Source of the DNA: an uncultured Haloferacaceae archaeon
GTDB lineage: Archaea; Halobacteriota; Halobacteria; Halobacteriales; Haloferacaceae
Direction of reading: 5' to 3'
Length of the DNA stretch: 64,000 nucleotides
Assembly (NCBI GenBank): GCA_964512675.1
Contig: CAZEJR010000009.1
Span: forward strand, 5,955 to 69,954
Shown here: one piece after another, positions 9,790 through 17,708 of the stretch
Numbering within the stretch: position 1 is the first letter of the stretch
How the letters are laid out: each line of letters opens with the position of its first letter
The notes under the pieces: generated by a model
The model's database searches: none
What the model saw: the letters and a program-made list of their open reading frames with translations, nothing else
Told to the model about the DNA's origin: nothing
Program-made: the position numbers and the translations under genes

Positions 9790-10404
9790 GTGGGAGAGTC
9801 GTTCCGCACCGTCGTCGGTCCCGCGGAGGCGTCGTGGGAGACACGGGGGTCGCGGTTCACCGGCTACGTCGCGCCCGCCGGGAGCGTCGCGGAGGCAGAG
9901 GCGTTCGTCACGGCGCGGCGCGAGGGGCACCCGGACGCCACCCACGTCGTCCCGGCCTACCGGGTGCCCGCCGACCCGGGCGACGAGCAGGAGCGCCTGC
10001 GGGAGTACGCGACCGACGACGGCGAGCCCGGCGGCTCGGCGGGGAAGCCGGCGCTGAACGTCCTCACGCGGCGCGGGGTACGGAACGTCGTCCTCGCGGT
10101 GGTCCGCGACCACGGCGGCGTGAACCTCGGTGTCGGCGGGCTAGCGCGGGCGTACGCTCGGAGCGCGAGCGAGGCGCTCGACGCCGCGGAGGTGGTCGAG
10201 CGCCGGGCGCGCGAGCGGGTAGCCGCGGCGGTGGCGTACGACGACTCTGGGACCGTCCGGAGCGTCCTGGAGTCGGTCGACGTCCCCTTCGAGGCCGACT
10301 ACGACGCCGAGGTGCGGTTCGTCGCCCGTCCGCCCGCGGACGAGGCCCCGGCCCTGCGCGACCGGCTCCGGAGCGCGACGAGCGGTCGGGTGCGGCTGGG
10401 CTGA
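9790..10404 (+). CDS. yigZ: IMPACT/YigZ family protein (UPF0029 N-terminal domain plus DUF1949-like C-terminal domain)
   Basis: A GTG start gives VGESFRTVVGPAEASWETRGSRFTGYVAP...HPDATHVVPAYR...DDGEPGGSAGKPAL...VVRDHGGVNLGVGGLARAY. This is collinear with E. coli YigZ motifs (KKSRF, HPDARHHC, DDGEPAGTAGKP, VVRYYGG). Confidence 0.85.
   Translation: MGESFRTVVGPAEASWETRGSRFTGYVAPAGSVAEAEAFVTARREGHPDATHVVPAYRVPADPGDEQERLREYATDDGEPGGSAGKPALNVLTRRGVRNVVLAVVRDHGGVNLGVGGLARAYARSASEALDAAEVVERRARERVAAAVAYDDSGTVRSVLESVDVPFEADYDAEVRFVARPPADEAPALRDRLRSATSGRVRLG
9802..9837 (+). promoter_or_regulatory. TTC PAM plus protospacer-like site matching the mini-CRISPR spacer, inside yigZ codons 5-16
   Basis: 9803-9818 (TCCGCACCGTCGTCGG) versus 9657-9672 (TCCGCACCGGCGTCGG) is 15 of 16 identical. 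The TTC at 9802-9804 aligns with the last nucleotides of repeat R1. Identity decays in the 3' part of the spacer (19 of the first 26, 0 of the last 7). Confidence 0.45.
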
Positions 10405-11079
10405 TCAGTCCGTTCCGAACGCGCGGTCGCCGGCGTCGCCGAGCCCGGGGAGAATGAACCCCTCGTCGTCAAGGCCGTCGTCGACGGCGACGGTCAGGCG
10501 CACGGCGTCCGGGTGGGCCTCGGCGACGCGGGCGAGTCCCTCCGGCGCGGCGACGGCGGCGAGGACGACGGTCCGGCGCGGCGTCCCCGCCGCGGCCACG
10601 CTGTCGAGCACCGCACAGAGCGTCGACCCCGTCGCGAGCATCGGGTCCGCGACGACGACGGTGTCCTCGGGGCGCACCTCGGGCAGGTTGACGTAGTCGA
10701 CGCCGACCGGAAAGGAGCCGTCGGGGCGTCGCGCGGACTCGTCGCGGCTGGCGCTCACCATCCCCTGTCGGGCCGCTGGGAACACCCTGAGCAGGCCGTC
10801 GACGAACGGCGCCGCGGCCCGGAGGACGGTGACCAGTACCACGTTCCCGGCGCCGTCGATGTCGACGCCCGTCGTCTCCGCGAGCGGCGTCTGGACCGTC
10901 CGCTCGCGCCCGCCGAAGAGGTCCTCGACGAGCACCGTCCCGCAGACGTGGCCCAGCCGCGCCAGGCTCTCGCGGAAGGCGACGTGGCCGGTGCTCTCGT
11001 CGCGCAGTTCGGTCAGTGTCGCCCGCGCCAGCGGGTGGGCGACGACCTGTGCGTCGCCCCGGTCTTCGAGCGGCATCAC
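10405..11079 (-). CDS. upp: uracil phosphoribosyltransferase
   Basis: 224 aa: HPLARATLTELRDEST...VLVTVLRAA...VVVADPMLATGST (PRPP-binding loop)...GFILPGLGDAGDRAFGT. Confidence 0.9.
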   Translation of the reverse strand: MMPLEDRGDAQVVAHPLARATLTELRDESTGHVAFRESLARLGHVCGTVLVEDLFGGRERTVQTPLAETTGVDIDGAGNVVLVTVLRAAAPFVDGLLRVFPAARQGMVSASRDESARRPDGSFPVGVDYVNLPEVRPEDTVVVADPMLATGSTLCAVLDSVAAAGTPRRTVVLAAVAAPEGLARVAEAHPDAVRLTVAVDDGLDDEGFILPGLGDAGDRAFGTD

Positions 11080-11115
11080 AGGCCGGGCGCGGGCAGGGGA
11101 CTAAAGCCCGGCGCG

Positions 11116-11259
11116 TCAGCGCACGACGACCAGGTACGTGAGCAGGGTGAACACGAGCGCCAGTCCCGCGACGCCACGGGGCGTGAACGGCACCGTCGTC
11201 GCGAGGCTCAGCCCCCAGAGGAGGAGTGCGGCGAACGCCGTCGAGAGGAGGACGTTCAT
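11116..11259 (-). CDS. small two-TM membrane protein (hypothetical)
   Basis: Internal ATG of ORF 11116..11346: MNVLLSTAFAALLLWGLSLATTVPFTPRGVAGLALVFTLLTYLVVVR. Supported only by hydrophobicity and codon pattern. Confidence 0.35.
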   Translation of the reverse strand: MNVLLSTAFAALLLWGLSLATTVPFTPRGVAGLALVFTLLTYLVVVR

Positions 11260-11330
11260 GACGAACAGCACGCGGGGGTCGCCCGGCGAGTCGGTCACAC
11301 GCGCCCTACGGACGCGGGGAGTAGGTTCTT

Positions 11331-11672
11331 TTGGCGAGCGGCCCACGTGTTCTCGTGTTCCGCAACAGCGACGGCGAGGCCGTCGACCCGTGGCCGTTCG
11401 TCGCCGTCGCGGGCACGGGCGTCCTGCCCGTCCTCTCGTTCGGGCCGCTCTACCTGACGGCCCTGGGGCTCTCGCTCTCGCCCGCGATCGGCGTCTGTCT
11501 CGCCGTCAGCGCCGCGGTCGTCGCCGGCGCCTACCACCGCCTCGTCTACGCCCGTCGGCCCGGCGTGGCCGGCCCCGCGGGCGACCGCTTCGCGCGCCTG
11601 TTCTACGCGTCGCTCGTCATCGTCGGCCTCCTCGCCCTCCTGGCGCTGCCGCTGCTCGGTCGGAGCCTTTAG
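11331..11672 (+). CDS. small membrane protein (hypothetical, about 3 TM)
   Basis: ORF with three hydrophobic segments (VAVAGTGVLPVLSFGPLYLTALGL, IGVCLAVSAAVVAGAY, LFYASLVIVGLLALLALPLLG). The start is uncertain: TTG at 11331 or GTG at 11355. Confidence 0.45.
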   Translation: MASGPRVLVFRNSDGEAVDPWPFVAVAGTGVLPVLSFGPLYLTALGLSLSPAIGVCLAVSAAVVAGAYHRLVYARRPGVAGPAGDRFARLFYASLVIVGLLALLALPLLGRSL

Positions 11673-11697
11673 GCCGGTCGGCGCGCACCGGCCCGGC

Positions 11698-12114
11698 GTG
11701 CGCGAGGCCGCCGTCGAGCGCGTCCTGTCGGCGTCGCCGCCCGTCGTCCGGCGGCGGCTCGACCCGGCGACGCTCGTCGAGTACGAGGGCAGCTTCGACG
11801 TCGTCGGCGTCGCCGAGGACGGCGGAGACACGGTGGTCCACGCCGCCGCCGCCGGTCTCGAGCTCTCGCTCCGCTTTCGGCCCAGCGAGGACGGCTACTA
11901 CTACACACAGGAGGGCAACGCCGGGCCGTTCGACGCGATGGAGACGTGGGTGACCGTCGCTCCCGGGGACGGTGGCCGGGGAACCCGCGTCTGCCTCCGC
12001 TCGCGGGTGAGCCTCGGGCTGCCGCTGTCCGGCCTCACTGACCGCGTCGCGGCGTGGAAGCGACGCGGCGAGCTCGAGCGGGCGCTGGACCGCATCGCCG
12101 ACGACGCCGCGTGA
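11698..12114 (+). CDS. SRPBCC (polyketide cyclase/dehydrase-like) family protein
   Basis: 138 aa with a GTG start. Size and pattern (VERVLSASPPVVRRRLDPATLVEYEGSF...) are typical of haloarchaeal SRPBCC proteins. Confidence 0.6.
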   Translation: MREAAVERVLSASPPVVRRRLDPATLVEYEGSFDVVGVAEDGGDTVVHAAAAGLELSLRFRPSEDGYYYTQEGNAGPFDAMETWVTVAPGDGGRGTRVCLRSRVSLGLPLSGLTDRVAAWKRRGELERALDRIADDAA

Positions 12115-12179
12115 CGGTCGTGCGACGAGAGTACAGGAGCGGAGCGGGTTTTACACCGGAGACACGCATTCAAGCCGAT

Positions 12180-12395
12180 ATGGGCCTGTTCGGCACACTC
12201 AGGGACGCGCTCGCGGCGTCGACGTCGACGACCGGTCGGAACAGCCGCGAGTCGGCGGGCGCGTACTGGTGTCACGACTGCGACGAGCGCGTGCTGGACC
12301 TGGACGTCGAGGGCGACGAGCCGCCGACCTGTGACGGCTGCGGCGAGGAGATGGCGTTCGAGCGCTCGACGTCGTCGACCGGCTGCGCCTGTTAG
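12180..12395 (+). CDS. small zinc-ribbon protein with Cys-rich C-terminus
   Basis: 71 aa from an internal ATG: ...YWCHDCDERV...PPTCDGCGEEM...STGCAC. It has two CxxC pairs and a terminal CAC. Its stop overlaps the stop of the convergent COG0523 gene. Confidence 0.5.
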   Translation: MGLFGTLRDALAASTSTTGRNSRESAGAYWCHDCDERVLDLDVEGDEPPTCDGCGEEMAFERSTSSTGCAC

Positions 12396-13561
12396 GGCGC
12401 GAACGTCACCGACTCGCCCGCCGCTGCCGGATACCGTCTCGCTCCCTCGACGCTCGTGTCCTGGTCGACGAGACAGCCGTCGAGCGCGTCGGTCAGCGCC
12501 GACTCGTCCAGTCCCTGCCCGATGAACACCAGCTCCGTCTGCCGGTCGCCCGCCGTCTCGTCCCAGTCCACGTCCGATCGGTTCGCGAGGTAGAGCTCCC
12601 GGTCGGCTGCCGGCAGACTCGCGATCCACCGCCCGCTCGCCTCGACGCGAACCGACGGCCCGGCCTGACTGTACTCGAGGCGGACGTCGTCGCGTCCGGC
12701 AACCCACGCGACTCCCTTCGACCGGACGACGGCGTCCGGGAGGTCCGAGGCCAGTGTGGCGAACCGCTCGGGGTGGAGAGGCTGGCGACGGCGGTAGACG
12801 AACGAGTCGACGCCGTACTCTTCCTCGGGGTGGCTGTGGTCGTGTCCGTCCTCGTGGTCGTGTCCAGCGTCGTCCGACTCGCGCGCCGCCGGATCGAACA
12901 GTCCCCGGTCGAGCACCCGGTCGGGGTCGACGACGGAGAACGTCGTCTCGACGGTCTCGGCGCCGGGGCGAAGCGCAGCGACCGTCTCCCGGACGGTCCG
13001 GCGCTCGTCGTCGTCGACGAGGTCGGTCTTGTTCAGTACCACGACGTCCGCGAACTCGACCTGTTCGACGAGGAGGTCGGAGAGCGGACGCGGCTCGTCG
13101 TCGCCGACCCCCTCTGCGGGCGTTCCCTCGGCGTCGCGGTCGGCGAGCGCGTCGTAGAACTGCCGCGCGTCGACGACGGTGACGACCGCGTCGACGTCGT
13201 ACAGCGCCGCCGCCGACGACCCGCGGTCGAACAGGGTCGCGACGGGCTCGGGTTCGCTGATGCCCGACGGCTCGACGACGAGGTGCGAGAAGTTCCGTTC
13301 GCGGGCCAGCCGCACCACCGCAGTCTCGAGGTCGCCACGGAGCTCACAGCAGATACAGCCGTTCGACAGCTCCGCGACGCGGCCCGTGTCCGGCCCCGTG
13401 CCGCGGCTCACCAGGTCGGCGTCGACGTTCACCTCGCCCATGTCGTTGACGAGCACCGCGACGTCGCGGCTGTCCGCGGCCTCGAGCAGGCCGTTGAGCA
13501 GCGTCGTCTTGCCGGCGCCGAGGCTCCCGCTGAGGACCGTCACGGGCGTCTCGCTGGTCAC
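12392..13561 (-). CDS. CobW/COG0523-family GTPase metallochaperone
   Basis: VLSGSLGAGKTTLLN (P-loop), GCICCELRGD (CxCC metal motif), EPSGISEPEP, VLNKTDLV, His/Asp-rich linker DDAGHDHEDGHDHSHPEEE, CobW C-terminal domain. Confidence 0.9.
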   Translation of the reverse strand: MTSETPVTVLSGSLGAGKTTLLNGLLEAADSRDVAVLVNDMGEVNVDADLVSRGTGPDTGRVAELSNGCICCELRGDLETAVVRLARERNFSHLVVEPSGISEPEPVATLFDRGSSAAALYDVDAVVTVVDARQFYDALADRDAEGTPAEGVGDDEPRPLSDLLVEQVEFADVVVLNKTDLVDDDERRTVRETVAALRPGAETVETTFSVVDPDRVLDRGLFDPAARESDDAGHDHEDGHDHSHPEEEYGVDSFVYRRRQPLHPERFATLASDLPDAVVRSKGVAWVAGRDDVRLEYSQAGPSVRVEASGRWIASLPAADRELYLANRSDVDWDETAGDRQTELVFIGQGLDESALTDALDGCLVDQDTSVEGARRYPAAAGESVTFAP

Positions 13562-14067
13562 GGCAGCCGTGAGGGCCGCCGCGCTATTGAACGTCCCGGC
13601 GGGAACAGCCGTGTCACGGGGAACACGTCCCGGTCGGGTGTCGGGACGATCGCCTGTCAGGCGTCCGGTCTCACGCCGTCGCGGGCGGCGGCGGCGCCGA
13701 ACGAGGCCCGTGACGCCCCCGTGGCGACGGCGTACCGCCGCCCCGACCCGCTCCGTGACCGAATCCCCGTCGAGGGGCCGTGTTCGGACCCGCGAGCCTG
13801 CTCGCGGCGTTCCCCACCGACCGGTTCGCGCGCGGCTACCTGCACGCGGCGCCGGCCGATGCTGTCTCTCGCCGTCGGTCCGTCCTTCCTCGCCGCGCTG
13901 TCGGTGTCCTCTGGCTGCTGGTTGGCACCGTCGCGCTCGCCCACCTCGCCGACCGCGTCGCGCTCGCCCGGTCGGTCACGGGCTGACCCGGCGGTCGTCA
14001 GATCGTCGTATATACCTCTTGCCGTCTGTCGCTGGCTCGGAACTGGTCACGCACCTACGACAGACCA

Positions 14068-14596
14068 GTGCCGACACGGAGGAGACGGAACACGAGTGGA
14101 GCTAGCCGGTCCTCGTCCGCGACGGAGGCACTCGAGCGTTTCCTCGGCAGACGTGCTGTAACCTCGCGTACCTCCTCTCGGCGTTCCCGCTCGGAATAGC
14201 GTACCTCACGGTCGTCACGGTCGGGCTCTCGGCTGGTATCGGGCTGGCCGTGACGCCGGTCGGCGTGCCGCTGGTCGTCGCGACGCTGGCCGTGAGTCTC
14301 ACGTCGGAACGTTCGAGACACGGCTCGCCACCTGGCTGCTCGACGTCGAGGTCGACCCGGCGACGCCAGACCTTCCCGACGACCCCTGGTCGGCTGACGG
14401 TCTCGTGACGGCGACCGAGCGGCTCCTGACCGCCCGGAACACTTGGACGAGCCTGCTGGTCGTCACGCTGAAGTTCGTCTTCGGCGTCGGCGTGTTCGTC
14501 GGCCTCGTCACGGCTGCGAGCGTCACCGGCGCGCTGCTGGGCACCGGCACCACGCTCGTCCGGGAGCGCAAACGCCCGACCGCGACGGGCCCGTGA
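14068..14596 (+). pseudogene. sensor-domain membrane protein (haloarchaeal 'putative sensor' family), disrupted by at least two frameshifts and C-terminally short
   Basis: Family-like segments lie in three frames. ATEALERFLGRRAV is in the frame starting at GTG 14068. NLAYLLSAFPLGIAYLTVVTVGLSAGIGLAVTPVGVPLVVATLAVSL is in a second frame. FETRLATWLLDVEVDP...NTWTSLLVVTLKFVFGVGVFVGLV is in a third frame (ORF 14405..14596). A TATATA patch sits at about 14008-14015 upstream. Confidence 0.5.
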
Positions 14597-14719
14597 GTCG
14601 GCTGTCCGAACGTTCGTGACGTCACCGTTCGAACCGCCGACCTGCGCGGCGAGGCGTCGGGACCGCGCCAGCGGGGCTGGAGCGACACGCTTTTTCACCG
14701 GGTGATACCACGATAGATC

Positions 14720-15016
14720 ATGACACTTGCGGAGCGGATCGCCGCCTACCGGGAGGTCCTCGAGGAGTGGCTCCGGGGGCTCTACCACGGGATGGTGAGT
14801 CACCCGGCGTACGAACTGATCGAGAAGGAGGCCGAGGACACGGAGGACGTGTTCATGCTCGCCTGCTTCCCGGACGCGTTCGGCGTCCCCAGCCCGGTGT
14901 CGTACTACACCGCCGAACTCCTGCCGTACCTCGAGGACGAGTTCGAGGCGTGGGAGCGACGGATGTGGAACCGCGGCTCCGTGCTGGAGCGAAAGGGCCA
15001 GCAGTACCACTTCTGA
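14720..15016 (+). CDS. small acidic conserved protein, translationally coupled to the ArsA/Get3 ATPase
   Basis: 98 aa: MTLAERIAAYREVLEEWLRGLYHGMVSHPAYELIEKEAEDTEDVF.... Its stop overlaps the arsA start (TGATG at 15014-15018). Confidence 0.65.
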   Translation: MTLAERIAAYREVLEEWLRGLYHGMVSHPAYELIEKEAEDTEDVFMLACFPDAFGVPSPVSYYTAELLPYLEDEFEAWERRMWNRGSVLERKGQQYHF

Positions 15017-16020
15017 TGGACCGGTTTGTCTTTTTCGGCGGGAAGGGCGGCGTCGGCAAGACCACGGTGTCGAGCGCCTACGCCGTCAAGAGCGCGCGCG
15101 CCGGCGTCGAGACGCTCGTCGTCTCTACCGACCCCGCGCACTCGACCTCGGACGTGTTCGACCAGTCGTTCGGCGACGACCCCCGGCGGGTCGAAGGCCA
15201 CGAGAACCTCCACGCGATGGAGATCGACCCGGACGAGGAGGTCGAGCGCCACCTGATGGAGATCAGGCGCGCGCTCGGCGGGCAGGTCAGCCCCGCGATG
15301 GTCAACGAGATCGACCGCCAGATCGAGATGGCCCACCAGACGCCGGGCGCACAGGAGGCGGCGCTGTTCGACCGCTTCGTCTCGGTCATGCGCGAGGTGG
15401 CCGCCGACGGCCCCCCCGGCGGCGACGGCCCGTTCGAGCGGGTCGTCTTCGACACCGCTCCGACGGGCGGCACCCTGCGGCTCCTGTCGCTCCCCGAGTA
15501 CCTCGAGGGGTGGATCGACCGGCTCCTGCGCAAGCGCGAGAAGTCCGTCGACCTGTACGAGAAGGCCGCGATCGGTAACAACGAGCCACGGCGGATGCTC
15601 GACGGCGACCCGATCATCGCCCGCCTCCGCGAGCGAAAGGAGACCTTCGAGTTCGCGGGGGAGCGCCTGCGCGAGGACGCCGCCTTCTTTCTCGTGCTCA
15701 ACCCCGACGAACTCTCGCTGCGCGAGACGAGCCGGGCGGTCGAGCGGATGGCCGAGGCCGACCTGAGCGTCGCGGGGCTGGTCGCGAACCGGCTGACGCC
15801 GGCGCCCGAGGACCACGAGGAGGGACGCGGGGCACGCTACCTCCGGGAGCGCGTGGCGACAGAGCGCGAGCGGCTCGACCGCGCCCGGACCGAGCTGGCC
15901 CCGCCGCTGGTGGCAGCGATAGAGACGCGGGTAGAGGAGGTTCGTGGCGACCTGTTGGCAGAGGTGGCCGCCGAACTCCAGGTGGACGCGACCACCGGCG
16001 CCGCTACCGACCGTACGTGA
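15016..16020 (+). CDS. arsA: ArsA/Get3(TRC40)-family P-loop ATPase
   Basis: Internal ATG of ORF 14767..16020: MDRFVFFGGKGGVGKTTVSSA (deviant Walker A), VVSTDPAHSTSDVF, VVFDTAPTGGTLRLLSLP. Confidence 0.9.
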   Translation: MDRFVFFGGKGGVGKTTVSSAYAVKSARAGVETLVVSTDPAHSTSDVFDQSFGDDPRRVEGHENLHAMEIDPDEEVERHLMEIRRALGGQVSPAMVNEIDRQIEMAHQTPGAQEAALFDRFVSVMREVAADGPPGGDGPFERVVFDTAPTGGTLRLLSLPEYLEGWIDRLLRKREKSVDLYEKAAIGNNEPRRMLDGDPIIARLRERKETFEFAGERLREDAAFFLVLNPDELSLRETSRAVERMAEADLSVAGLVANRLTPAPEDHEEGRGARYLRERVATERERLDRARTELAPPLVAAIETRVEEVRGDLLAEVAAELQVDATTGAATDRT

Positions 16021-16243
16021 GTCGGGTCGCCAGGTCGTCGACGCGGCGCTTCAGGCCGCCGAGCCACGCAGCCGGCGACACCTTCCGCAGCTGGTCCTCG
16101 GACACCTCGATCCGCTCGTCACCGAACGGGTCGCGTGACGCCGCCTCGTCGCCCGCAGCCGAGACGGCGGAACTCATCGCACACCGGCCACAGGCCTCGG
16201 ACTCCTTGCCGCCCATATCCGATCGGTCACGGTCGATCCACAT
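16004..16243 (-). CDS. small hypothetical protein
   Basis: MWIDRDRSDMGGKESEACGRCAMSS...DPFGDERIEVSEDQLRKV.... High third-position GC and acidic composition, unlike the overlapping + strand ORF. The start is uncertain (16243 or 16216). It overlaps the arsA 3' end by 17 nt. Confidence 0.4.
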   Translation of the reverse strand: MWIDRDRSDMGGKESEACGRCAMSSAVSAAGDEAASRDPFGDERIEVSEDQLRKVSPAAWLGGLKRRVDDLATRLTYGR

Positions 16244-16372
16244 CAATCCTTTGGGAGGGGGCACACACGGATGGAGTGGCGCTTTTATCGCTCGCTTCTC
16301 ACCACCCGTCGTGGTGGACCGCACACGACGACGAGGCCGTGCCGACGCGGCCCGACGTGGAGGTGCTGGCGC

Positions 16373-16987
16373 GTGAGCGCCCGGGAAGACGACCCGACCG
16401 GGACCGTCGAGGACGGGGAGCCGCCGGACCTACCGGAGTACGGCGACGACTACCTCGACGCGGTGCGAGACCGGATCGCGCACAGCTACGACCTCGAGCG
16501 CGACAGCCGGGCCCGCGGCGAGCGGTTCGAGATGTACGGGCGGCTCCACATGGACCGGCACAAGCAGTTCTTCCACCCGGCGCTCCGCTTTGGCCACCAC
16601 TACTCCGAGGAGCACCTGTTCGTCCGGCGGGCCGACGACGTCGACGAGGCGGCCCTCGAGTCGCTGGTCGAGTTAGGACACGACCTCGCCGAGGAGTGGG
16701 TCGACCCGGACGAGGAACACTACCTCACGGAGTTCACCTTCGTCGTCGTCGCGCCGGAGGTGCCGGCGGCGGCGGCGTCGTTCGTCTCCGGCTTCCGCGA
16801 CCGAACCCTGCTGAAGGGCGGCTACTACGGCCACTACGAGGTGAACCTCGTCGTCGTCGCGCCGGAGCGCGAGCGCGCGGTCGCCAGCAGCGAGGCGGAC
16901 GTCGCGCAGGCGTTCCGGACGTGGGAGCAGATCGAACGGGCGGGGCCGGGTGTCGTCGAGCGGCTGGTGCGGTGGATCTGGCGCTGA
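16373..16987 (+). CDS. conserved acidic hypothetical protein
   Basis: GTG start chosen at the point where the composition becomes acidic (VSAREDDPTGTVEDGEPPDLPEYGDDYLDAVRDR...). About 204 aa. No motif recognised. Confidence 0.6.
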   Translation: MSAREDDPTGTVEDGEPPDLPEYGDDYLDAVRDRIAHSYDLERDSRARGERFEMYGRLHMDRHKQFFHPALRFGHHYSEEHLFVRRADDVDEAALESLVELGHDLAEEWVDPDEEHYLTEFTFVVVAPEVPAAAASFVSGFRDRTLLKGGYYGHYEVNLVVVAPERERAVASSEADVAQAFRTWEQIERAGPGVVERLVRWIWR

Positions 16988-17027
16988 GCCGGGGGACTTT
17001 CGTCCGCACCGGTCGCGTCCACACGCC

Positions 17028-17669
17028 GTGTGCTCCCGTGTCGCGCTCTCCGTGTGTCTCGCGCTCCTCGTCGTCCTCGCCGGCTGTGGCGGCGGCGAGG
17101 AGCAGGACCAGGGCCCGGTCGTCGCGGAGGCGTCGCCCGCCACCGTCGAGGCGACGACGCTCGCCGCGACGGGCTACGAACGGGTCGACCGGTCGAACCG
17201 GACGACGAACACGACGCTGACGGTGTCGGTACAGGGCGACGTGACAATAACGTCGACCTTCGACGTGCGCGCGACGACGAGTCGGGTTGTCTACGAGCGG
17301 GCGGTCGCGGGCGGGACAGCCGCCGTCGGCGTCCTCGGCGTCCCCGGCGTGCGGCCCGCGGAGGCGATCCGCGAGCCCCGGAACCCGTTCGGGGACCGCG
17401 GGCCGGCGACCCTCGCGACGAACGCGACGACGTACACGGCCCGCGACGCCCGTCAGACCGGAACCGCGACGGTCCGGCTACTCGGGGTCGAGACGACGAT
17501 CCGTCGCTACGCCGCGACGGGCGAACGCGACGGCGAGACACTCCCGGTGACCGTCGGCGTCGCGACGGTCCGACACGACGGGGCGTTCGTCAGCGTCGTC
17601 GCCGTCGTCCCGCGGGAGGCCGACGAGCGCGAGCGGGTGGCGCGGCTGGCCGAGGGCGTGCGACACTGA
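17028..17669 (+). CDS. secreted lipoprotein (lipobox LAGC), DUF6517-like
   Basis: A GTG start gives VCSRVALSVCLALLVVLAGCGGGEEQ..., a signal peptide plus lipobox. Thr/Val-rich beta-type mature part. Confidence 0.6.
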   Translation: MCSRVALSVCLALLVVLAGCGGGEEQDQGPVVAEASPATVEATTLAATGYERVDRSNRTTNTTLTVSVQGDVTITSTFDVRATTSRVVYERAVAGGTAAVGVLGVPGVRPAEAIREPRNPFGDRGPATLATNATTYTARDARQTGTATVRLLGVETTIRRYAATGERDGETLPVTVGVATVRHDGAFVSVVAVVPREADERERVARLAEGVRH

Positions 17670-17708
17670 GCGGGGAGCGCGAAGCGAGCAGAGAGGCGGA
17701 GACCGCGC

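Noticed and set aside
9558-9860. 100-aa minus-strand ORF that reads through both CRISPR-like repeats and ends in a GTGA overlap with the vapB start.
   Set aside because: It is extremely Arg-rich (RRRRRRC...), uses rare codons (AGA, CGA, TTA, CTA, GTA) near its end, and runs antisense to the yigZ start. It is most likely a chance ORF, and the stop/start overlap is probably coincidental.
13780-13986. 68-aa ORF (MFGPASLLAAFPTDRF...VLWLLVGTVALAHLADRV) in the gap after the COG0523 gene.
   Set aside because: It has only one weak hydrophobic segment and an Arg-rich middle. An alternative frame (MLSLAVGPSFLAALSVS...) is equally plausible, so it is not supportable as a gene without homology evidence.
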